Below, piece after piece: positions 47,964 through 56,900 of a stretch of DNA of 64,000 bases; positions within the stretch are counted from its first letter, which is position 1; the number at the start of each line of letters is the position of its first letter. The position numbers and the translations under genes are program-made. Source of the stretch: Actinomycetes bacterium (GTDB taxonomy: Bacteria > Actinomycetota > Thermoleophilia > Solirubrobacterales > JACPNS01); the NCBI GenBank assembly GCA_023404495.1, contig JAEYBE010000004.1, positions 735 through 64,734 of the forward strand, in the 5' to 3' direction. Below the pieces are notes generated by a model that was given only the letters and a program-made list of their open reading frames with translations, was not told the DNA's origin and made no database searches.

Positions 47964-48956
47964 GTGCCGCGCGAGTGGAATGAACTCTTCATCACCGGGG
48001 ATGACCCGGCCGAGACGCCCGTTCCCGAGGCCGCTCCCGAGCGCCGCCGCGGCATGTTCAATCGTCTGCGCGATTCGCTCGGGCGGACGCGGCAGGCGTT
48101 CTCAGCCGAGCTGCGCACGACGCTGTTTGACACTCTCGACGATCAGACCTGGGAGCGACTCGAAGAGCTCTTGATCTACGCCGATGTCGGTGCCCGCACC
48201 ACGGCGAAGGTCGTCGGTCAGCTCGAAACCGAGGTCGAAGAGGGCGACATCGCCGGCGGCGACGCAATACTCGCGCGGCTTGAGGAGCTGCTGGCGCAGA
48301 CCGCGACAACAGGCGAGGCGACGATCGACCTGCGCCAGAAGCCGACCGTGATCATGGTCTGCGGCGTCAACGGCACCGGCAAGACGACTTCGATCGGCAA
48401 GATCGCCTGGCACCTGCAGAAGGAGTTCGGCAAGAGCGTCCTGCTCGGCGCCGCCGACACTTTCCGCGCCGCTGCCACCGAGCAGCTGGGGGAGTGGGCG
48501 ACCCGCAGCGGAGCAGAGTTCGTAAGGGGAGCTCAGGGTTCTGATCCCGGCGCAGTTGCATTTGACGCGGTCGGCGCCGCCATCTCACGGGGCACCGATG
48601 TCGCGCTGATTGACACCGCAGGACGGCTCCATACGCAGGAAAACCTGCTCGAGGAACTCAAGAGGGTGCGCCGTGTGATCGAAAAACAGCTCCCAGGGGC
48701 GCCGCATGAGACGCTGCTCGTGGTCGACGCGACGACCGGGCAGAACGGTCTGCGCCAAGCGAAGCTGTTTGCCGAAGCGGTCGACGTCGACGGCATCATC
48801 CTGACGAAACTCGACGGCACTGCGAAGGGCGGAATCGCCCTGGCGATCACCGACGAACTGGGAATCCCAGTGAAGCTGATCGGGATCGGCGAGCAGCTCG
48901 AGGACCTGCGTCCGTTCGACCCCGCCGATTTTGCACGAGCCCTTGTCGCGGAGTAG
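47964..48956 (+). CDS. ftsY: Signal recognition particle receptor FtsY
   Basis: NG domain motifs: GVNGTGKTTSIGK, DTAGRL, TKLDGTAKGG. The start is ambiguous (GTG 47964, or ATG 48054 giving MFNRLRDSLGRTRQ). Confidence 0.95.
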   Translation: MPREWNELFITGDDPAETPVPEAAPERRRGMFNRLRDSLGRTRQAFSAELRTTLFDTLDDQTWERLEELLIYADVGARTTAKVVGQLETEVEEGDIAGGDAILARLEELLAQTATTGEATIDLRQKPTVIMVCGVNGTGKTTSIGKIAWHLQKEFGKSVLLGAADTFRAAATEQLGEWATRSGAEFVRGAQGSDPGAVAFDAVGAAISRGTDVALIDTAGRLHTQENLLEELKRVRRVIEKQLPGAPHETLLVVDATTGQNGLRQAKLFAEAVDVDGIILTKLDGTAKGGIALAITDELGIPVKLIGIGEQLEDLRPFDPADFARALVAE

Positions 48957-49018
48957 GCGCCGCTCAACTAGAACAGATCGCCACGCGCTCCGCCGCCGAC
49001 TCGGGAATAATCAGCTTC

Positions 49019-49477
49019 GTGGAAGACTGGATCTACTGGATGATCTTGGCTGTGGTGATGGCGGGCATCGAACTCGCTGTCTTCTCGATCTTTATTTTCG
49101 GCCCGCTCGCCGTGGCGGCGGCCGTGACGGCCGTGGTTGCCGGCTTCGGCGGATCGATCGAAGTGCAGCTCGCGGTGTTCATCCTGCTCGCGCTGGCCTC
49201 GATGTTCACGCTCTACCCGATCGCCAAGCGTCACCGCGAGTCCGATCCCGAGCACGCCACCAACGTCGACGCGCTGATCGGAAAAGAGGCGCGCACGCTG
49301 GAGGAGATCTCCGGGGAGTCGCTCGGCTTGATCCGCTTTGATAACTCCAACTGGACCGCTCGCACGAAGGACGGCGTCGGGCCGATACCCGCCGAAACGC
49401 GCGTTCGCGTCGTTTCGATCGCCGGCGCGACCGCCGTCGTCGAACCGTTCGAGCAAGCGACAACCTCCGACAACTAG
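49019..49477 (+). CDS. NfeD family membrane protein
   Basis: Three N-terminal TM helices plus a C-terminal OB-like region (GKEARTLEEISGESLGLIRFDNSNWTARTKD...VRVVSIAGATAVVEP). Lies upstream of an SPFH gene. Confidence 0.8.
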   Translation: MEDWIYWMILAVVMAGIELAVFSIFIFGPLAVAAAVTAVVAGFGGSIEVQLAVFILLALASMFTLYPIAKRHRESDPEHATNVDALIGKEARTLEEISGESLGLIRFDNSNWTARTKDGVGPIPAETRVRVVSIAGATAVVEPFEQATTSDN

Positions 49478-49486
49478 GAATCCCGC

Positions 49487-50371
49487 ATGGTCATCGTTCT
49501 GATCGCCCTCGTCGTTCTCGTCTTGTTCACCGCGATCAAGACGGTCCGGATCATTCCGCAGTCGAAGGCAGGTGTGGTCGAGCGATTGGGTCGCTATCAC
49601 CGCACGCTCTCGCCGGGACTGGCGGTCGTCATTCCGTACGTCGACAAGGTGCGCCCGCTGATCGACATGCGCGAACAGGTCGTGAGCTTTGCGCCGCAAC
49701 CCGTGATCACCGAGGACAACGTCGTCGTCCAGATCGACTCGGTGCTCTACTACACGATCAACGACGCACGCGCCGTGACGTATGAGATCGCTAATCACCT
49801 GCAGGCGATCGAGCAGCTCACGACCACCACCTTGCGAAACGTGATCGGTGGTCTGACGCTTGAAAAGGCGCTGACCAGCCGTGACGAGATCAACACAGCT
49901 CTGCGTGTCGTGCTCGACGAGGCGACAGGCAAGTGGGGCATCCGCGTCAATCGTGTCGAGCTCAAGGCGATCGACCCGCCGGTGACGATTCAGGACGCGA
50001 TGGAGAAGCAGATGCGCGCAGAGCGCGATCGTCGCGCGGCGATCCTTACTGCGGAGGGCGTCAAGCAGTCACAGATCCTCACCGCGGAGGGTCAGAAGCA
50101 GGCGGCGATCCTGACCGCCGAAGGAAATCGGCAGGCCCAGATTCTTGAGGCCGAGGGAGAGGCGCAGGCAATCGCCGCGGTGTTCGACTCGATCCACCAG
50201 GGCAACCCGGACCTGCCGCTGCTGGCCTACCAGTACGTCAAGGCGCTCGAGTCGCTGGCGGTCAACGACGGCAACTCCACCTGGGTGATCCCGGGCGAGT
50301 TCACCCAGGCCCTCTCAGGCCTTTCGGACAAGCTCGGCGGCCTCCCCGGCACGAATTCGGGAGCTGCCTAG
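49487..50371 (+). CDS. SPFH/band 7 (stomatin/QmcA-like) protein
   Basis: IIPQSKAGVVERLGRYHRTLSPGL..., RVELKAIDPP, then AEG-rich coiled repeats (ILTAEGVKQSQILTAEGQKQAAILTAEGNRQAQILEAEGEAQA). Confidence 0.95.
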   Translation: MVIVLIALVVLVLFTAIKTVRIIPQSKAGVVERLGRYHRTLSPGLAVVIPYVDKVRPLIDMREQVVSFAPQPVITEDNVVVQIDSVLYYTINDARAVTYEIANHLQAIEQLTTTTLRNVIGGLTLEKALTSRDEINTALRVVLDEATGKWGIRVNRVELKAIDPPVTIQDAMEKQMRAERDRRAAILTAEGVKQSQILTAEGQKQAAILTAEGNRQAQILEAEGEAQAIAAVFDSIHQGNPDLPLLAYQYVKALESLAVNDGNSTWVIPGEFTQALSGLSDKLGGLPGTNSGAA

Positions 50372-50373
50372 AG

Positions 50374-50829
50374 ATGCGCCGCCTACTAGTCGCGATCGCT
50401 CTGGTCGCCGCCTTCGCGGTCGTGGTTCCTTCCGTTGCGTACGGCGGATCGACCGGGACGACGGCTGCGAAGAAGAAAAAGAAGAAGTGCGCGCGTGGGT
50501 TCAAGAAGTCCGGCAAGAAGTGCGTTCGGCGAACGATCAAGCCAGCGAGCATCACACTCGTGATCGCCACAATCAAGGGCGGCCGCGTGAAATTCACCGG
50601 CTACTCCGAGTTCGGCAAGGCGACGACGGCGGACGCCTACTTGAGCGGGAAAGTCGTCGTCTCCGACGGAATCGGTATCGAGAAGATCAAGTTCAACCTC
50701 TTGGTCGCCAAGGGTCAGAACTTCACAAACTTCACCGCCAACTACAAAGTCGGGCTCAACAGTCCGAACATGACGGTGACACTGATCTGCAACGGCGTCG
50801 CTTCGAACAGCTACGCAGTCGCCAACTGA
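50374..50829 (+). CDS. Small secreted Lys-rich protein (151 aa), no recognisable family
   Basis: Signal peptide MRRLLVAIALVAAFAVVVPSVAYG, then TTAAKKKKKKCARGFKKSGKKCVRR and a beta-rich remainder. The ATG lies 2 nt after the SPFH stop. GC looks lower than in its neighbours. Confidence 0.6.
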   Translation: MRRLLVAIALVAAFAVVVPSVAYGGSTGTTAAKKKKKKCARGFKKSGKKCVRRTIKPASITLVIATIKGGRVKFTGYSEFGKATTADAYLSGKVVVSDGIGIEKIKFNLLVAKGQNFTNFTANYKVGLNSPNMTVTLICNGVASNSYAVAN

Positions 50830-50890
50830 CGGGCCGCGGGGCACCGCGCCCGTAGCCCCGTGATACCGAATATTCGTCTATCTGTGTCAC

Positions 50891-50919
50891 TTGACATCGC
50901 AACTTCCGACCGATAGGTT
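50891..50919 (+). promoter_or_regulatory. Near-consensus sigma-70/SigA-type promoter for the 2004-aa protein gene
   Basis: TTGACA (50891-50896), exactly 17 nt, then TAGGTT (50914-50919; fits TANNNT). It sits in an AT-richer 170-nt intergenic region. Confidence 0.55.
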
Positions 50920-50924
50920 GTTTG

Positions 50925-50943
50925 TACTGACACGATGTCAGTA
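50925..50943 (+). promoter_or_regulatory. Perfect 8-bp palindrome at the predicted transcript 5' end (operator or 5' RNA hairpin)
   Basis: TACTGACA-CGA-TGTCAGTA. A related half-site, CTTGACATC, overlaps the -35 box. Confidence 0.45.
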
Positions 50944-50999
50944 GGGGTGCAAGTTCCTGGGGAGGAGCTTGCGCAGGGACAACCATAGGGACAGGGATA

Positions 51000-53900
51000 T
51001 TGGTCATGACAGGTGGCTGCTTCGCTTCAGTTGGGCGCAGACTGGGACTCTCGCTCATTCTTTCGATCGCCGCGCTCGCGGGGATGTTTTCGCTCACGGC
51101 TCAGCCGAGCCACGCAACGGTCACGTTCACCGGGGGGACGCCGACAGTGACGATGGGCTCGAATGTCCCGGGCGCTCACTCGAGCATGACCGTGAACATG
51201 AGTCTTGGGGTGAACCCGAGCACGACCTATGCGCCGGGCGACGACGTCAAGCGCATCGTCGCCGACATCGCTCCGGGGATCATCGGCGATCCGACCGCTA
51301 TTCCCGCTGACCAGCGCTGCCTGAAGACCGACCCGACCCAGTACAAGGACTGTCCCGCCTCGGCGAAGGTCGGCACGATCACCGCGAGCGCGAACACGTG
51401 CGTGATGGTGATTCTGATCTGTGTCGACCTACAGCTCGACATCTCGGGCGACATCTACCAACTGAAGAACGGTCCCAATGGTCTGCCGACCACAAGCGCC
51501 GGCGCCAATGGCTTCCCGGAAGTGCCGACCTATCTCGGCATCAGCCTCAACGTGACAACTCCCATTCTTGGCAACCTCGCCGACCCGATGGGTCTGACCG
51601 GCAAGATCACGATCGCCAACAAGGACGATGCGCCGGTCGGTAGGGCAGAAGACTTCTCGATGCGGTTTGAGGTGGTGGAAGACGCTCCACGCACCGCCCA
51701 CACGGCGCTGGGTGACCAGGAGATCCGTCTCAATTCACTGGCGCTCACCTTCAACGCGTTGACGGCATCAGGCGTCCCCTTCATGACCAACCCGACGCGC
51801 TGCACGCCTTGGACCAGCAAGTTCTACGCGCGCGCCTACGACACCAACTCAAACGCCAACGCGGACATCGACCCGGCGGTCCCCGGAAACGATCACTACT
51901 CGGTCTCGCGCACGACCACGCCGAGTTGTGGGGGTGCGCTCGCGGCGTTCAACCCGAACGTGACGATGCAGACGTTCCCGTCCAAGACCGACGCGCCGGC
52001 GGCGCTGCGCGTGATTGTGACCAACGCCGAGGCGACCACGGCCGGCGGTCTCCAGAGTTCGCACATCAAGCGCATGGACATGACGATGCCCGACGGGTTC
52101 GAGATCAACCCGATGATGGCCAACTCGATCGCCGACCTCTCAAGTGTCTGCTCCTACGCGCAGTTCAACAGGACCAACCCGGACGTCACAAACACCTGCC
52201 CGGCATCGTCGAAGCTCGGCACGATCGTGCTCGACACGCCGATGATGTCCCAGCAGTTGACTGGTGGCCTCTATCTCGGACCTCCGGGCAGCACCGACAC
52301 CGACCGCTTCAAGCTCTTCTTCGCGCTCGACGATCCGAGCAACATCGTGAAGACCAAGGGGGAGGGGCGCGCGTTCGTCGACCACGACACCGGGCGTGTC
52401 ACGGCGACGCTTGGAGATCCGGCCTATGACGGCGGCAAGTCCTTGCCGGCATTCCTCTGGACGCAGATGCAGCTCGACTTCCAGTCGGGGCCCAACGCGA
52501 TGATGACCAATCCGCGGACGTGCGGAACGCACGCGGGTGAGGTGGTCTTCACGCCGTGGATGTCTCCGACCCAGGGAACTGTGACGCGCACCCCGTCGGT
52601 CACGGTTTCCTACGACGGGGCCGGCGCGCCGTGCCCAGAGGAGCCGTTCGAGCCGTTCGCCGAAGTTTCGCTCTCAGACACCACCGCGGGCGCGCATGCC
52701 GACGTGACCACGACCGTGAAGGTCCCGGCCCATAGTCAGGACCTGGCGCGCACGACGATGGCGATGCCGGCCGGCATGGGCGCCGCGATCGACCTGACGG
52801 CCAAGTGCACGCAGGCGAACGCCGCAAACGGCGCGTGCGCCTCGAACACGCGGATCGGCGATGTTGAAGTGAAGGTCGGCAACGACGAAGGCGACGCCGA
52901 CGCGCCGGGCTCAAACCTCGTGAAGATCGACGGCGCGATGTACAACACCGAGGTCACGTGGAACGAGGACCCTGCGCTGCGCAATCCGGCCCGATTCACG
53001 GCCGTCGTTCCGGCAGCCGTCGGGCCGTTCGACCTCGGCTATGTCGTGGTGCCTGTCGACATCACGCTGAACCCGGACATGAGCTTCAACGCCGTGACGC
53101 CGGAGGTCCCGACGCGCATGCTCGGCATCCCGGTACGTATGCGCAAGCTGAGCTTCACGCTCAAGTCGCACGTGGGCGGAACGCCGTTCATGACCAACCC
53201 GACAGTCTGCGGCACGCACGACGTCACGGCCAAGATGTGGTCCACGCAGCATCCGGATGAAGAGGACGCCGTGACTGCTCAGGCATCCTTTGATATCACC
53301 GGCTGCCCGAAGAACTTCAGCACCGAGAATCCGCCGACCTTCTCATTCGAGCCGACCAACACCGAGGTCGGTCGTCCGGTCGGTATTCGCGCCACCCTTC
53401 AGATGCCGGCCGAGTACGACCCGCCGGCCAGCGAGGTCAGCGTGCAGATGCCGCAAGGCATGCGGCTGAACCCCGCGCTCGCTTCCGGGATCGACTCGTG
53501 CGCCAAAGCCGAGGTCGACGCCGGCGCGGCTAATTGTCCCGAAGAGTCGAGGCTCGGCACGGTCGAGTTCACGACGCCATTGCTCTCCGGCACGTTCTAC
53601 GGAAAGATCTGGCTGGTCGAGCAAGGCCCGACAGCAGACGAGCGCTACCGCATCGCCTTTACGGTCCAGTTGCCGGGTCAGCTGCTTGTGGCGCACGGCG
53701 AGACGATCGTCGACGGTTCGAGCGAGCTGGTCGACGGTCTCGGAAACCGCGGCGGCTCCGGGCAGATCACCGTGACCTTCCGCAACATCCCGGCGGTCTA
53801 CTTCAACAGCTTCACGATGATCATGGAATCGGGCAGCAAGGCGATGCTCAGCAACGACTACGAGTGCGGCACGAGCACTGCGACAGCCACCGCATGGCCG

Positions 53901-56900
53901 CAGACAACCGGCGGCTCTCCGGTCACGATGACCGATTCCTACGAGACCTCGTGGGACGGCAACGGTGCGCCGTGTCCGACCTCGCGCGACCTCGATCCGT
54001 CGCTTGACGTCTCGCTCTCGAATTACCAGGCGGGTGCGGCGCCGGATATCGCGATGCACTTCCACCGCCCCGACAAGCAGCAGCATCCGAAGGTCATCCA
54101 GGTCGCGCTTCCCGCAGGCCTCGTCGGCTCCCCGGCGGCGGCCCCGGCCTGCGCCCAGAGTGTCGCGGCGCTCGGCAACTGTACGGATGCGAGCAAGGTC
54201 GGAGACTTCGACGTCACCGTCGGCCTCGACGACTCCAACTACACGGTCGCCGGTGGCGTCTTCAACACCGAGCCCGACTCCGATGAGCCCGCGCGGCTTA
54301 CCGCGATCATCGACGTCGAGATCGGACCGTTCGACCTCGGGAAGATCGTGCTTCCGATCTTCGTCGCGCTGGACCCCGACGACTATCGCCTGATCGCGAC
54401 CACTGACGAGATCCCGACGATGTATGAAGGTGTGCCTGTGCGCGCGAACGCGCTCGACCTGAATATTCGGGGTATTGCCGATCAGGGCACGCCGGGGACG
54501 GGAGACGACAAGCAGTTCCTGATCAACCCGCACCGCTGTGATCAGACTGGTGTCTTCACCGGGCACGTGACGTCGCACGAGGGTGGCGAGAAGACGCTGC
54601 CTGTGACGCTGCCGCAGAACTTCACAGGTTGCGCGGCGCTCAACTTCGACGGAGCAGGTAACGGCGTGACGATCGACAACGCTGTCGACACCGCATTCCG
54701 CCCGACGGCGCTCAACGCTGGGGTAACGCTTGGCTCGGGGGACACCCAGGCGACGCTGAAGGAGATGGAGCTCTCACTAAACGGCTTCCGGATCAACGCT
54801 GTCGCCGCGAAGGATGCCGTCGTCTGCAGCGACAGCGAACTCGACGCGGACAACTGCCCGAGCGGTTCGAAGGTTGGCGATGCCTGGCTCGACACGCCGC
54901 TGCTGGCGCCCGATGTCTCAGGTCACTCGCTGACCGGTGTCGTGCGGCTGCTCGAACCCGGGGCGACGGCCGATGACCGCTACCGGATCGCGATCGAACT
55001 CGACGGCCGTACGCGGATCGTGATGCGCGGAATCGCCGAGGTCGATGAGACGACGGGAGAGGTCGTTGCCCGCTTCTCGGACCTGCCAGACATTCCGTTC
55101 TCGGAAGTCAGTGTTCAGATGGACGGGCCGACTACGCCACTGCTGCTGAATCCGAGCACTTGCTCGCCAACCAGCGCGACCAGCGCGCGACTTGTCGCGT
55201 GGAGCGGCGCCGAGCGGACGTTCAACCCGACGGTTGTCGTCGACGGCTGCGCACCCGACCAGCCGTTCACGCCGGCGGTCGGTGTCGAGCTGAGCACGAC
55301 TCAGTCCGGCGCACACCCGAATGTCGACTTCACGATCACCAGGCCAGAAGATGATCAGAACGTCAAGTCGGTGAAGATTTCACTTCCGGCTGGCTTCGTC
55401 GGCAGCGCGGCAGCGGTCCCGCAGTGCTCGCTGGCGGCCGCGTCTGCGGGCACGTGCCCATCCGCGAGCAAGGTTGGAGACGTGAAGGCGAAGATCGGTG
55501 CCGGCGGTCAGACGGTCGATGGCGACGAGCTTGAGCTCAATGGGGAGATCTTCCTGACCGCGGGAGTCGGCGGCGACATCGCCGGGCTCGCAGTGCGCCT
55601 GCCGGCCGTCGCCGGTCCGTATGACCTTGGGGTGTTCACGCTCCAGGGCCGCGTCACGCTTCGCCCGTCGGACCACGGGATCGACACCGAGTTCGACGGC
55701 CTTCCGAAGATCTTCAAGGGCGTGCCGACACCGATTCGCGAGATGAAGGTCAAGCTCTACGGCGTCGCCCAATCGACCGGCAAGCCTTTCATGTACAACG
55801 CCACGTCGTGCGCACAGATGCAGATCGACAGCGCTTTCGGCGCTCACGAGGGCGGGGCGTTCTCGCCCGCAGGTGTCGACTACGCGGCAACCGGCTGCGG
55901 CGCGCGCTCGTTTGCGCCGACGATGTCGATGACCGCCACCGGCGGGGACGATGTGAATTCGCCGGCCTGGGACATCCTGCTGCGCAGGCCCGCGGGTGAC
56001 GCCACGCTCAGGAGCACGCAGCTCCTGCTGCCGACCTCGCTGACCGTGAACGTCGCCGGAATCGGCAACTCCTGCACGATTCAGGACGCCCAGGCTTGGA
56101 GCTGTCCGCAGATCTCGCGAATCGGCAGCGTTTCAATCGAGACACCGCTCCTGCCAACAGCCGTCAGCGGCGATGTCTACATGGCCAAGACGACAGGCGC
56201 CGGGACGCTGCCCGACATGTTGCTCCAGCTGGGCCCCCCGGTGAACATGCAGATCCGCGGAGTCAACAGCTTCGTGAACATCAACCAGATCCAGAGCGTC
56301 TTTGGTGGTCTTCCCGACTTCCCGTTTGACGCGATGCGAATGCGCCTTGACGGCGGTCCCAAGGGGATCCTCAAAGCGCGCAGCGGCAACTGCGGAGTCG
56401 GCAATGCCGACTACGGCAGTCACAGCGGTCAGAGCGCGTCCGGCCCGGTGTTGATCACCGGGGTCTGGAGTTGCGGTACGGCCTTCGGCGCCGGGACCTG
56501 CACCAAGCCCGCCGTTTCGATCAAGTCCAAGGGCGCGCGCAAGCTGAGGAACAAGAAGTCGACGACCGGCGTGAAGATCTCGCTGCCGGCCGGCTGTCCG
56601 GGCTTCAAGGCGGTGCAGGTGACATACCCGAGGGGGACCAAGGTCAACTCGCGCAACCTCAAGTACAACAAGAAGAAGCGTGCGACGCGCAAGAACCTGA
56701 AGAACGTCACGGGCAAGGCCGGGTCCAAGAAGCTGACGGTCGCCGATTTCAAGGCGGTCAAGGGCGGACTCAAGACGCGCAGGCCGCTCGCCGTCGGCAC
56801 GCGGTCGATCTCGATCGATACGCGCAAGTCGACTGTGCTGCTGCCGGCCAAGTCGCTCTGCGCGACGCTCAAGAAGGGCTCGCGCGGGTACGCCAAGAAG

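Noticed and set aside
50969-51310. Alternative 113-aa ORF starting at TTG 50969, immediately after a strong GGAGGAG.
   Set aside because: - Only about 1 nt separates the SD-like string from the TTG.
- The translation (MRRDNHRDRDIGHDRWLL...) is Arg/Asp-rich nonsense.
- It overlaps the convincingly signal-peptide-bearing frame of the 2004-aa gene.
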